From a bacterium (lineage in GTDB: Bacteria; Krumholzibacteriota; Krumholzibacteriia; G020349025), in contig JANLSU010000051.1 in NCBI GenBank assembly GCA_031362565.1, forward strand, positions 26,566 through 90,565: 64,000 nt of DNA. Reading direction: 5' to 3'. This document shows positions 39,201-47,868 of the stretch, in pieces. Position 1 is the stretch's first letter. Every line of letters starts with the position of its first letter. Below the pieces are notes generated by a model. It worked only from the letters and a program-made list of their open reading frames with translations, was not told the DNA's origin and searched no databases. The position numbers and the translations under genes are program-made.

Positions 39201-42200
39201 TCACCGGCTATCACGTCTATCGCGGCCCGGGCGCCTTCGGACCCTGGACGCGAATCACGCTCGACCGCACCAACAAGACCGCGTACTACCAGGATGCCGG
39301 GCTCGCTCCGAGCACGAAGTACTATTTCTACGTCACCGCGGTCGACTCGGCAGGCAACGAGAGCGTGCCCTCGGACTTCGCGAGCATCAATACCAACCCA
39401 GCACAGCTTTCCGGCTGGCCCATCCTGCTCTCGGGATCGTCGACCTGTCCGCCGGCGGTGGGCGATGTGACCGGCGACGGCTCCAAGGAAATTGTCGTCG
39501 GCGCGACGCATCTCTACACCTGGAACTGGGATGGGATCGAACTGCGTGACGCCGACAATGACCCGCAGACCTGGGGCGTGTTTTCGCCCGCCGTCAAGAC
39601 GGTCACCAGCGCGATCTCGATGGCCGATTTGGACGGCAATCCGGGCGCCGAGATTTTCTGCGCCTCGTGGGACGATTCGACGAAAACTTTTGCGTTGGGC
39701 GGCGATGGGGAATTGCTGCCGGGCTGGCCGCAGAATCCGGAGCCGGGCGCCGGCACCAAGGGTTACTGGGGTTCGACGGCCGCGGTCGACCTCGACGGTG
39801 ACGGTATCGCCGAACTCTTTGCGCCGTCGCGCAACGGCTCGTTGTTCGCATGGCGTGCCAACGGCACACCACTCGGTGCCACCGCCGCATTCAAGACCGG
39901 CTTCGGGATCAATGTCCGTACCTCGCCGGCATTCGCCAACCTCGACGCCGATCCGGAAGTCGAGATCGTCTTCGCGGCGCCCAACGGCGTGCTGAACGTG
40001 TGGAATATGAATGGCTCGAATGTCCCCGGATACCCGGTGACGATGGGCGGGGCGTGCCTCAGCAACCCCGCCATCGGCGACGTGAATCACGACGGCATTC
40101 TCGATATCGTGCAGGAAACCGAAGGCGGCGGCGGCTTCGTTCACGTCTACAACTCGGCCACCGCCACCGAATTGCCGGGATGGCCGCGCACCCTCACCAT
40201 CAAGGGCAATCCCATTTCGCCATCGCCGGCGCTCGCCGACTTCGATGGCGACGGCCTGCTGGAGATCGTCGTCGCCAACAACGGCGGCAGCGCGCCGGGG
40301 TTGTCGCGGATCCAGGTGTTCGACTCGGTGGGCAATACGGTGCTCGGCTGGCCGCGCACCGTCGGCAGCAACAATTCGGAAAGCTCGCCCATCGTGGCCG
40401 ATATCTCCGGCGACGGCGTGCCGGACGTGCTGTTCGGCAACGAAAGCGGCTTCATCTATGGCTGGGACTGGCACGGCATCGACTTACCCGGGTTCCCGAT
40501 CACCATCGGCGACTTCGTGCGTTCGACGCCCTATGTCGACGACGTGGATGGCGACGGACACGTGAATCTGGTGCTGGCCGGCTGGGACAAGAACGTCTAC
40601 GTATGGGATTTTCCGGCGACGTGGTACCCCAGCGCCGCGCAGTGGCCGACACTCAAACACGACGTGCAACGCAGCGGCCAGTATGGCTTCAAGGTCGACG
40701 TGACCCCGCCGGCACCGCCGACGACGCTCACGAGTCCATCCCACACGGTGTCCACGTGGTCGTTCGACAACACCGTGACTGTTGCCTGGACGGGTGCCTC
40801 CGACGCAAGCGGCATCGGCGGTTACTCGTTCGTTTGGGACACGAGCCCGACGACGTTGCCCGATCGCAGCATCGATACGACGGATTCGACGGCCACGAGT
40901 CCGGTGCTTACCGACGGTGCGGCGCATTGGTTCCACTTGCGGACGGCCGACGCCCTCGGACACTGGACGACTGGCGCGTTGCATCTGGGTCCATTCTGGA
41001 TCGACACCTCGCCGCCGAGTCCCCCAACGTCGGTCGTGGCGGATCGCGCCGTGTCGGCGTGGTCGAACGACAACACCGTTGGTGCGACGTGGAGCGGCGC
41101 GTTCGACGTCGGTGGCATCGGCGGCTATTCGATCCTGTGGGACGACAACGCGGTGGCGCTCCCGGACACGGTGTTGGACACCTCCTTGCCCGAATCCATC
41201 AGTCCGCCGCTCGCGGACGGAACGGCCCGTTGGCTGCACGTTCGCACCGTCGACAATCTTGGACACTGGACGGCGGATGCCGTGCACCTGGGTCCGTTCT
41301 GGATCGACACCGTACCGCCGGGCAATCCAGTCAACGCGATTGCGGATCGCGCCCCGCAAACCTGGTCGAATGACAACAGCCTCGATGTCCAGTGGCCCGC
41401 AGCGATCGACCCAGGAAGCACGCCGAACGCGGTGCCCCACGGTTTCAGCTCCCGGGTTGCAGACCGGCCGCGCTATGTCGCTCCGCACGGTGTCGCGATC
41501 GACGTCACGACGACGGACGTCACGACTGCAGCCGGTCGGTTGCGCCAGCCGTTCATGGCCAGCAGCAGCGGCGTCAGCGGATATTCGCTCGTCTGGGACA
41601 CTGATTCCACCACCGTGCCGGATGAGCAGATTGAAACAAGCCTTTCCAACACCACGAGCCCGGGGCTCGCGGACGGCCAACAACATTGGTTCCATTTGCG
41701 CACGATCGACCAAGCGGGAAACGCCGCGATCGACACCGCGACGTTGCACCTCGGGCCGTTCTGGGTCGACGTGACGGCGCCCAACGCTCCCAACAGCTTC
41801 TCGCCGACCCCGCCGGCGGGCGCGTGGGTGAGTGCCGAATCCGTGCAAGTGTATTGGGGGGGCGCGACCGATGCGCTCTCCGGAGTCGCCGGATATTCGC
41901 TGCTGTTCGACGCGTCTGCGGCGACGGTGCCGGACCTCATCGCTGATCCGGCGTCCACCGGTGCCTTGCTGGCACCCGCACCCGAAGGCTCGACGTGGTT
42001 CCACATTCGGACGCTCGATGTCGCCGGCAACTGCTCGGGTGCCGCGCATGAGGGTCCGTTCCGGATCGACCGCACACCACCGGCAGTGACCGTGCTCGCG
42101 CCGAATGGCGGCGAGGTGTGGGCGAATGGCTCGGTGCAAACCATTCGCTGGCAGGCAACCGACGCCCATTCCGGCGTGCAGTCGTTGCAAATCCGGCTGT

Positions 42201-42691
42201 CGCTGGATGGCGGCGCAACATACCCGGACTTGATCGCGTCGCCGGCGCCGGCGGACAGCGAATACGCCTGGACGATACCGGCACAACTCGGGAACACGAT
42301 GCGCGTCCAAGTCGTGGCGACGGATGCGGTCGCGCAGACGAGCGCCGATGAGAGCGATGCGAACTTCGAATTCACCACAGCAACGGACGTGGCGGCACTG
42401 CCGCGCGTGACGCGCACCGCGCTCGAGGCTGCGCTGCCGAATCCGTTCAATCCGGCGACGACGATCCGGTATTCGCTGCTGGAGACCAGCCGCGTCCGGC
42501 TGGCGTTGTACGACGCGCGCGGGCGTCTGGTCCGCACGCTGGTCGACGCGGTGCAGGCTGGACCGCGGTGGCACACGGCGGTTTGGAACGGGCGCAGTGA
42601 TGCGGGCGCGGCGCAACCGGGCGGCGTGTACTTCGTTCGGATGCAGACGCCGGGGGTTACGGCAGCGCGCCGGATTGTGCTCCTTAAGTAG
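36269..42691 (+). CDS. Large secreted C25 (gingipain-like) cysteine peptidase with propeptide, Ig/FN3, FG-GAP repeats, four tandem FN3-like repeats and FlgD-Ig tail
   Basis: GEPELP (propeptide), YVLLAGD, TDMYFACLDG.WN.DGD, VGRVP, NHLGHG and NCTAAAFD (His/Cys dyad), LGDPEM; D.DGDG..E repeats; PNPFNPATTIRY...YDARGRLVRTL...GVYFVR. Confidence 0.88.
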   Translation: MMAAIFAALVVFCALPVAAETLRHHYRFDAARLVVQSGVAGASVAIRPAGPGIESLPGTLPATWDAGEPELPYEVVTFVVPRGSRVLEVRAEAGATITVAEGLEFAAAAAVLSETGVALAPKAAVTAAPSSLYPAVAAQAAGGGALHGYQLASVRVYPVRWDAAQKRLQVTTDLDIEVTIAPGGALPLQRERYRPEIENLARHTLEHLVVNPAALDTYDRRIGVRVEKQSAGFRPTDAPSLEGSDVDYVIITSNALAPAWQVLADWKTHRGVPTVIRTTEWIQAHYRHGSDLAETVRNFIEDAYAKWGVRYVLLAGDSDIIPARYGFSGFGEPSEQKIPTDMYFACLDGNWNFDGDALFGEAVVDFGDPGDDTDLYAEVFVGRVPLSLTTDVNTFVAKVMLYENPVLTDYQHKNLFLGEVLFPVDWTGGPITLDGGAFAEDVLSDGEACIDTTRLYENYTAFPGALPLTKSAAIAAMNAGPGFVNHLGHGFRYNMSCGDASFVNDDAFALTNGNRRFILYMVNCTAAAFDFPCLAEAFLKAQGGAVAVFGATRSAFAIPSRNYNQEFFRAVHQNGFAHLGEAFVQSRLAYTPNALFDTSDHYTHFLYNYLGDPEMVMHTCAVATTTVAAPDTIPTGPTPVTVHVETGGVPRAGALVCLSKGVNGVEAYESGLTNAAGDAVISFRAESAGLVQVAVSGQSMTTIERTIAVTAGSAASVHVRSVTLDDTTTPPANGNSDGTLDAGETLAVDVTAVNDGPQAAGAVTGVLRISGATVSDSTFSLGDIAGAGGTATANQELAFTTSPSTPDGTILPLVFTLTDSLGNTWTDNVNRVVHAPSMQLTLLHVDDFAPGGNGNGVIQAGETFDLLAYFKNYGTGTADGLTAELSTADPDLVLLTSSVAVGSAAPSQQVTGATHFRLTENVIDENPLTLTLTDSHGRVATWPITLRGPAKPAKPVLSTKDFANTVTMTWTPSTTPDLTGYHVYRGPGAFGPWTRITLDRTNKTAYYQDAGLAPSTKYYFYVTAVDSAGNESVPSDFASINTNPAQLSGWPILLSGSSTCPPAVGDVTGDGSKEIVVGATHLYTWNWDGIELRDADNDPQTWGVFSPAVKTVTSAISMADLDGNPGAEIFCASWDDSTKTFALGGDGELLPGWPQNPEPGAGTKGYWGSTAAVDLDGDGIAELFAPSRNGSLFAWRANGTPLGATAAFKTGFGINVRTSPAFANLDADPEVEIVFAAPNGVLNVWNMNGSNVPGYPVTMGGACLSNPAIGDVNHDGILDIVQETEGGGGFVHVYNSATATELPGWPRTLTIKGNPISPSPALADFDGDGLLEIVVANNGGSAPGLSRIQVFDSVGNTVLGWPRTVGSNNSESSPIVADISGDGVPDVLFGNESGFIYGWDWHGIDLPGFPITIGDFVRSTPYVDDVDGDGHVNLVLAGWDKNVYVWDFPATWYPSAAQWPTLKHDVQRSGQYGFKVDVTPPAPPTTLTSPSHTVSTWSFDNTVTVAWTGASDASGIGGYSFVWDTSPTTLPDRSIDTTDSTATSPVLTDGAAHWFHLRTADALGHWTTGALHLGPFWIDTSPPSPPTSVVADRAVSAWSNDNTVGATWSGAFDVGGIGGYSILWDDNAVALPDTVLDTSLPESISPPLADGTARWLHVRTVDNLGHWTADAVHLGPFWIDTVPPGNPVNAIADRAPQTWSNDNSLDVQWPAAIDPGSTPNAVPHGFSSRVADRPRYVAPHGVAIDVTTTDVTTAAGRLRQPFMASSSGVSGYSLVWDTDSTTVPDEQIETSLSNTTSPGLADGQQHWFHLRTIDQAGNAAIDTATLHLGPFWVDVTAPNAPNSFSPTPPAGAWVSAESVQVYWGGATDALSGVAGYSLLFDASAATVPDLIADPASTGALLAPAPEGSTWFHIRTLDVAGNCSGAAHEGPFRIDRTPPAVTVLAPNGGEVWANGSVQTIRWQATDAHSGVQSLQIRLSLDGGATYPDLIASPAPADSEYAWTIPAQLGNTMRVQVVATDAVAQTSADESDANFEFTTATDVAALPRVTRTALEAALPNPFNPATTIRYSLLETSRVRLALYDARGRLVRTLVDAVQAGPRWHTAVWNGRSDAGAAQPGGVYFVRMQTPGVTAARRIVLLK

Positions 42692-42694
42692 CGT

Positions 42695-42734
42695 TCTCAC
42701 CTCACCTCACCAGACCCCACCAGACCCTGCCCCC
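42695..42734. repeat. Short C-rich tandem repeats
   Basis: (CTCAC)x3 followed by CAGACCCCAC-CAGACCCTGC. Confidence 0.6.
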
Positions 42735-42758
42735 AATTGCGATTGCTGGAACGTGGGG

Positions 42759-42880
42759 GTCTTCGGAGGTTTGGGACCCCCGCCCACTCAGACAGAACGG
42801 GCCGCGCCGCGCGCTTCGCGCGCCATATTGGATGCGCGAGCCCGTTAACTCGCGGTCGGGGGTCCCACACCTCCGAAGAC
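42759..42880. repeat. Palindromic REP/MITE-like element, copy 1 (122-bp core)
   Basis: Arms GTCTTCGGAGGTTTGGGACCCCCG / CGGGGGTCCCACACCTCCGAAGAC; differs at 5 positions from 63833-63954; lies between convergent genes. Confidence 0.85.
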
Positions 42881-42906
42881 GTGCGACTACTCGGAGAATG
42901 CGACAA

Positions 42907-44328
42907 CTACGGGGCGTCTAGGGCGGCTACTAGGCGATGGGGTTGGCCTTTTGTGTCTTCGATCCACAGTTCGGAACTGACGCTGGTGCCGATGGCGACG
43001 TTGCGCACGAAGGCGCGGCGGCCGGTAGCGCCGAGCGTGACGCCAAATACCACCCCAGGCGCAATCGTTGCGGTGGAGCCGGCGAGGGATTGGGCGGTGG
43101 GAAATCCATGGGCTCGTACGGATTGGGCGCGGGCTTCGGATTCGGGGCGAGTGAAGGCGGCGCCGGCTTGGATTTCGTACCTCGATCCTATGGTTTGGAT
43201 GCCGGCGTCGAAGCCGGCGGCGGTGAGGGTTTTGAGGATCGTGGCGGCGGAATCGCGGTTCGTGGTGCGCGCGGCGACGACGCGGAATGCGGTGCGTAGG
43301 GGGCGGCGGACCGGAATTGCGATGAGAGCGGCGGCGCGCGCGTTGGAAGTGTCGACGCGCCAAAGTGCGCCTGCGGCATCGGTCCATAAGGCATGTGAGG
43401 GGTCGAGCCAACGCACCCAGCCGTTGAATGGCGGTTGTGACGGCGCCGGTCCGGGCGTCGTGGCGACGCGGCGGGCGTGTTCGGCATCCACCACCCACGT
43501 TGTGGTCACGGTGCTGGTAGCGGGGTCCGAGACTTCGACCGCACCGACAATGACGGCGCCCGAGTCGGGGGCGATCGTGTATGCGGTCGGTTGCAGATTC
43601 GCGGCCCAGTCCCCCATCGCGCCTGGACGACCGAGCGTCAACCGGAAGGCGCGCGCCGTGCCCTCCGGGCCCACCGGTTCGAGGCAGACGCGTTCCGGGC
43701 GGGCCCGAAATCGCACGCACGCACTGCGCAGGAAACGCCCGCCGGCGCGCGTGAACGGCCGCGCGATGTTGCGCTTGTTCCACGCCTGTAATGCTTCGGG
43801 CCCGGATCCGGCATCTTCGGTTGTGGGCGCGCCGGTGCGAGAATCGAGCCGCCAGAACGTATGCCGGCCGGTGTTGCGATCGTAAAGCCAGGCAATCAGG
43901 CGGCCCTGCGCGTCTTCGCCGGCGGCGCGCAGGAAGCGCGGCGAGGATTCGGTCACCGGCAGGAGAAAGCGCGGTACGGCAGCGGCCGTGGTATCGAGTT
44001 CACACAAACCCAGCACGTCGCGAAAGACGATCGTGCCGCGCTTCGCGCACCACATGGGTTCATGAACGTCGGGATCCTCGAGGCTCGGGACACCGGTCGC
44101 CGCATCGACTCGCAAGGTCCGGGTCTCGCCCGCTGCAGCAACGGGTACGCGCAGCGCCGTGCCGTCGGCCGTCCACTCAGGCGGGCCGAACGTGCATTCG
44201 GCGCCGGCCGGAGTGGCCGCGGTGAGCACCGCCGCCATCCACCCCAAGACCCACGCCTGGCGGCATCCCGGCGCGTGCCTCTGCGGCAGGCGCCTTCTGC
44301 GGTGCATCACGACTTTCGGTACGGCCAT
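42907..44328 (-). CDS. Exported hypothetical protein, propeller-like region with SPOR-like domain near C-terminus
   Basis: Signal-like N-term; FRV.AA...RDSA......L..AGF.A.I......YEIQAG.AF.R.E.EA....VRAHGF resembles SPOR. Confidence 0.55.
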   Translation of the reverse strand: MAVPKVVMHRRRRLPQRHAPGCRQAWVLGWMAAVLTAATPAGAECTFGPPEWTADGTALRVPVAAAGETRTLRVDAATGVPSLEDPDVHEPMWCAKRGTIVFRDVLGLCELDTTAAAVPRFLLPVTESSPRFLRAAGEDAQGRLIAWLYDRNTGRHTFWRLDSRTGAPTTEDAGSGPEALQAWNKRNIARPFTRAGGRFLRSACVRFRARPERVCLEPVGPEGTARAFRLTLGRPGAMGDWAANLQPTAYTIAPDSGAVIVGAVEVSDPATSTVTTTWVVDAEHARRVATTPGPAPSQPPFNGWVRWLDPSHALWTDAAGALWRVDTSNARAAALIAIPVRRPLRTAFRVVAARTTNRDSAATILKTLTAAGFDAGIQTIGSRYEIQAGAAFTRPESEARAQSVRAHGFPTAQSLAGSTATIAPGVVFGVTLGATGRRAFVRNVAIGTSVSSELWIEDTKGQPHRLVAALDAP

Positions 44329-44382
44329 CGTCCCCCCTCACCTCGACCAAGGGCGCGAGACTAGGAACGTGCCGTCCGCCTG

Positions 44383-44736
44383 TCAATCATCGGCCGCGAT
44401 CCCCCGCCAATGCTGCAAGCGCAGTTCATCCTCACGTGCGTCGATCCCCACCACGTCGATGCGCACCCCCTCGGCCCAGGTCGAGCGCTCGAGCAGCACG
44501 CGCGCCGCGCGTCCGAGGCGGCGGCGCTGCGTGTGCCGGAGAGCGTCGGCAGCGATTTCACGGCCGCTCGTTCGGAGTTTGACCTCGGCAATCACGAGCC
44601 AGGTGGCATCGCGGGCGACGATATCGAGTTCGACATCGGCAACACGGACGTTGCGCGCCAGGATTTCACAGCCGGCAAATTCGAGATAGGCGGCGGCGAG
44701 ACGTTCACCCCGCGGGCCGCGTTCGGTGCGATTCAT
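44383..44736 (-). CDS. yraN: YraN family (UPF0102) protein
   Basis: G.RGE.LAAAYL...G.EIL.RN.R....ELDIVA......IAEVK.R, RIDVV.I. Confidence 0.85.
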   Translation of the reverse strand: MNRTERGPRGERLAAAYLEFAGCEILARNVRVADVELDIVARDATWLVIAEVKLRTSGREIAADALRHTQRRRLGRAARVLLERSTWAEGVRIDVVGIDAREDELRLQHWRGIAADD

Positions 44737-45385
44737 CCGTTGCCTCCCAAACCGGCCAGCCATGCCGCTCGGCTGCGACTCGCAAAGCGCGGTCCGGGGT
44801 AACCGCCTGCGGGAAGCCGACACGCTCCAAATGCGCCAGGTCACTGGCGTGATTCGCGTAGGCCGTCGACTTCGCGAGATCCAACTGCTCGCGCGCCGCG
44901 AGAGCCACGAGTGCGGTGAGTTTGCCTCCGCCATGTGGATGCGGTGGCACCACCCAGCCCGTGAAGCGGCCGCCCGAACGTTCGAGTCCGGCGACCACCG
45001 CGAACTCGATGCCGAGGGCCCGCGCAAGCTCCGTGCCGAGGAAATCCAGCGTCCCCGACAACAAGACGAGCGCCTCACCGCGCTGCCGGTGGGTTTCGAG
45101 GGCGCGGACCAGATCGGGGCGCAACCGCGGGAGCACATCCGCGTGCACGCACGTGACACCGAGAGCTTCGAAGGACGCACTGTTCTGTTGCGCCAAATAC
45201 GCTTTGCGTTCGAAGGGAGTCGCGGTTTGATGCCGCAGCCAGCTGGCAACGGAAAGCGTTGCGCCCCAGGCGAGACGCGCCGGATGCAGGGCGTGCTCGC
45301 GCACCGCGCGGGCGAGGAAGAGACGCTCGGTGGAAGTGCCGGGCAAGAGCGTGCCGTCGAGATCGAAGATGGCAGCGGCGCGCAT
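44705..45385 (-). CDS. HAD-IB family hydrolase
   Basis: AAIFDLDGTLL, LVLLSG, G.FTG, GK, STAYANH.SDL..L..VG.P.AV.PD..L. Confidence 0.85.
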   Translation of the reverse strand: MRAAAIFDLDGTLLPGTSTERLFLARAVREHALHPARLAWGATLSVASWLRHQTATPFERKAYLAQQNSASFEALGVTCVHADVLPRLRPDLVRALETHRQRGEALVLLSGTLDFLGTELARALGIEFAVVAGLERSGGRFTGWVVPPHPHGGGKLTALVALAAREQLDLAKSTAYANHASDLAHLERVGFPQAVTPDRALRVAAERHGWPVWEATDESHRTRPAG

Positions 45386-46026
45386 CAGTCGTTGGGCCGC
45401 GGCACCATGCGGCGCAGGATGTCACGGCCGTCCCACAGAACCGGCACACCACGCAGGACACAAAGGGCGACCGTGATCGCGGTCAAGGTCGCGGCAATAG
45501 CCGACAGGACCGGCAGGCTGGCGCCACTCCACGGCCAACGGCCCTCGGCGATGCCGCGCTCCGCCGCAAGCCGCACCCCGAGGGCGCAAAAAGCCGCCAC
45601 TTTGGCGCCGCCGTACAGGCCGCGCATGAAATGTCCGGCGACGAGAAAGCGCCCGGCCCGGCTGCGCATCATCGTCTTGGCGCCGAACGGCGTTTGCCCT
45701 TTCTCGAAGGCCAAGGTGCGAATCGTGTCGGTGAGAAAGCCGCGCGTAATGACGACGATCGGCACCCAAAAACTCACCAACCCGGTGGTCGCGAAGTAAA
45801 TCCAGTAGACGTTTTCGACGATCCGGTCGCCGGTGATGTCGATGAGCGCCCCCATGTCGCTTGCCTGTCCGGTACGGCGTGCCACCCAGCCGTCCAACGC
45901 GTCCATCCAAATGACGACGATCGTCAGCCCAACGGCGATCGACGCCAGCACGAAGCCGCGCTCGTAGAGCGCCACATCGAGGAACGCCAGCGCGACGCGA
46001 AGCGCAGTAATCAGGCTCGGGAGCAA
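45385..46026 (-). CDS. CDP-alcohol phosphatidyltransferase (PgsA-like)
   Basis: PSLIT.LR; D.LDGWVARRTGQ.SDMGALIDITGDR signature; TTG start with GGAGG RBS. Confidence 0.85.
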   Translation of the reverse strand: MLPSLITALRVALAFLDVALYERGFVLASIAVGLTIVVIWMDALDGWVARRTGQASDMGALIDITGDRIVENVYWIYFATTGLVSFWVPIVVITRGFLTDTIRTLAFEKGQTPFGAKTMMRSRAGRFLVAGHFMRGLYGGAKVAAFCALGVRLAAERGIAEGRWPWSGASLPVLSAIAATLTAITVALCVLRGVPVLWDGRDILRRMVPRPND

Positions 46027-46037
46027 GGCACCTCCAG

Positions 46038-46736
46038 CTACGCGTCGAAGGCCAATGACCCCTGGCGTGCCAACAAGATTTCGGCCTCCAGAAAGCCACA
46101 GAAGCTACGCCGGTGGACGTCCGACAAACCATGCTCACGCAAGGCCTGCATGTGAGCCGCGGTCGAGTAACCTTTGTGATCGGCGAAACCGTATTGCGGG
46201 TAGGTCCGATGCAAGCGCAGCATGATGCGGTCGCGCGCCACCTTGGCGATGACGGACGCGGCGGCAATCGCCGCCGACTGGCTGTCGCCGCGCACGACCG
46301 CGACGGTACGCGTCTCCGTCCATGCGGCCGGCAGGCGTGGCGCCCATTTGCCGTCGACGAGGATCGTCCGCGGCACGACCCCGAGCGCCGCGATCGCGAT
46401 GCGATGCGACGCCAGCATGGCGCGCCGGATGTTGACGCGGTCAATGCGCGCCGGGGACACGCGCGCCACTCCAAGAGCCAGCGCCTTGGCGCGAATTGCC
46501 GCCGCGCAGGCCTGGCGTTCGGCGGCGGTCATCTGCTTCGAATCGTAGAGATCCGGCAGATCAAAATCGGCCGGCAGGATCACCGCGGCCGCCACCACGG
46601 GGCCGGCGAGGGGGCCAACGCCCGCTTCGTCGACGCCGGCCAGCCGGCCCGCGCCCCACGCCTCCGCATCGGCGCCGCGGTCGAACTCGACGAGACGCGC
46701 AAAGCGCTGCCGCCGTTCCTCCTCGCGTCGCCGCAT
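46038..46736 (-). CDS. rnhB: Ribonuclease HII
   Basis: AGVDEAG.GPLAGPVVAAAVIL, DSK, LVDG, GD..S.AIAAAS.IAKV.RD, YGF..HKGY.T..H, HRRSF. Confidence 0.95.
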   Translation of the reverse strand: MRRREEERRQRFARLVEFDRGADAEAWGAGRLAGVDEAGVGPLAGPVVAAAVILPADFDLPDLYDSKQMTAAERQACAAAIRAKALALGVARVSPARIDRVNIRRAMLASHRIAIAALGVVPRTILVDGKWAPRLPAAWTETRTVAVVRGDSQSAAIAAASVIAKVARDRIMLRLHRTYPQYGFADHKGYSTAAHMQALREHGLSDVHRRSFCGFLEAEILLARQGSLAFDA

Positions 46737-46743
46737 CGTTGCC

Positions 46744-47103
46744 TCACTCGGCCGCGGCGTCCACCCGACGTTCGCGAATACGCGCTGCCTTGCCACTGCG
46801 CTCGCGCAAGTAGTACAGGCGTGCACGGCGCACGGCGCCGTGCCGCAACACGACCAAGTCGCTGATGTTGGGTGAATGCACCGGGAAGATGCGCTCCACC
46901 GCGACGCCCGCCGTCACCTTGCGGACGGTGAACGTCTGCCGAATGCCGCTGTTGGCAATCTGCATGACGACACCTTGGAACGGCTGCTGCCGTTCCTTGT
47001 TGCCCTCGATCACTTTGACATTCAATTTCACGGTGTCACCGACGGAAAAGTTGGCGACAACGCTCTTCTTCTGTTTCGCCTCGATGGCGTCGATCAAGTT
47101 CAT
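46744..47103 (-). CDS. rplS: 50S ribosomal protein L19
   Basis: F.VGDTV...KVIEG.KER.Q.F.GVV, TFTVRK...GV.VERIFP.HSP, VRRARLYYLR. Confidence 0.97.
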   Translation of the reverse strand: MNLIDAIEAKQKKSVVANFSVGDTVKLNVKVIEGNKERQQPFQGVVMQIANSGIRQTFTVRKVTAGVAVERIFPVHSPNISDLVVLRHGAVRRARLYYLRERSGKAARIRERRVDAAAE

Positions 47104-47867
47104 TCTGCAGTCCTCCTCGGTCTTCCTTCGGACGCCGCCGGATCGGCCTTCGGCGGCATCACGCGATGTGCGGCAGGTGTTGCCGCCAAGTCCGGCCGGC
47201 GGGCGCGAGTTCGTTGCTCCGCGTCCTGCCGGCGCCAATTCTCGATCAGGGCGTGGTGCCCCGAAACCAGCACTTCGGGAACCTCGAGCCCGCGATACAC
47301 CGGCGGCCGGGTGTAGTAGCCGCAATCGAGCGGTCCGCCGCCGCCAGTTCCAAACGAATCGGTCTCCGCCGAATCCTCGTCGCCCAGCGATCCGGGCACG
47401 AGACGCACCACGGCGTCGAGCACCACGAGAGCCGCCGGTTCACCACCCGACAGCACGTAATCGCCGATCGACAACTCGTGCGTCACGACGAGCTGGCGGA
47501 AACGCTCGTCGATCGCCTTGTACCGGCCGCACACGAGCACGAATTCGTCCCACGCCGTCATCGCGTGTGCCTGCGCCTGGGTGAAGCGTTCACCCTGCGG
47601 CGACAGGAGCACGACGGGCACCCGGCGCGGATTGCCGGCGCCCACGATGCTCTCGACCGCATCCACCAACGGCGGCGCCTTCAGCACCATCCCCGCGCCG
47701 CCACCATACGGCGTGTCGTCGACGGTGCGATGCCGGTCGTGCACGAAGTCGCGTGGGTTGACACACGTGACTTGAACGCGACCCAAACCGATGGCGCGGC
47801 CGGCGATTCCCGTCGTCGTCGGCGCCGTGAACCACTCAGGGAACAGCGTCACGACATGGACGCGCAC
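47100..47867 (-). CDS. trmD: tRNA (guanine-N1)-methyltransferase
   Basis: VTLFPE, VDDTPYGGGAGMV, LSPQG, CGRY, SIGDYVLSGGE, YTRP, VPEVL.SGHH. Confidence 0.95.
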   Translation of the reverse strand: MRVHVVTLFPEWFTAPTTTGIAGRAIGLGRVQVTCVNPRDFVHDRHRTVDDTPYGGGAGMVLKAPPLVDAVESIVGAGNPRRVPVVLLSPQGERFTQAQAHAMTAWDEFVLVCGRYKAIDERFRQLVVTHELSIGDYVLSGGEPAALVVLDAVVRLVPGSLGDEDSAETDSFGTGGGGPLDCGYYTRPPVYRGLEVPEVLVSGHHALIENWRRQDAEQRTRARRPDLAATPAAHRVMPPKADPAASEGRPRRTAE

Positions 47868-47868
47868 G

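Noticed and set aside
35519..42700. Long minus-strand ORFs (661, 732, 738 aa)
   Set aside because: Antisense to the well-supported C25 peptidase; no recognisable domains
42695..42880. Possible CRISPR array or tRNA
   Set aside because: No regularly spaced repeat-spacer units, no cas genes, no cloverleaf or T-loop consensus
42737..43885. 382-aa plus-strand ORF starting in the palindromic element (possible transposase?)
   Set aside because: No DDE or HUH motifs; antisense to the 42907-44328 gene
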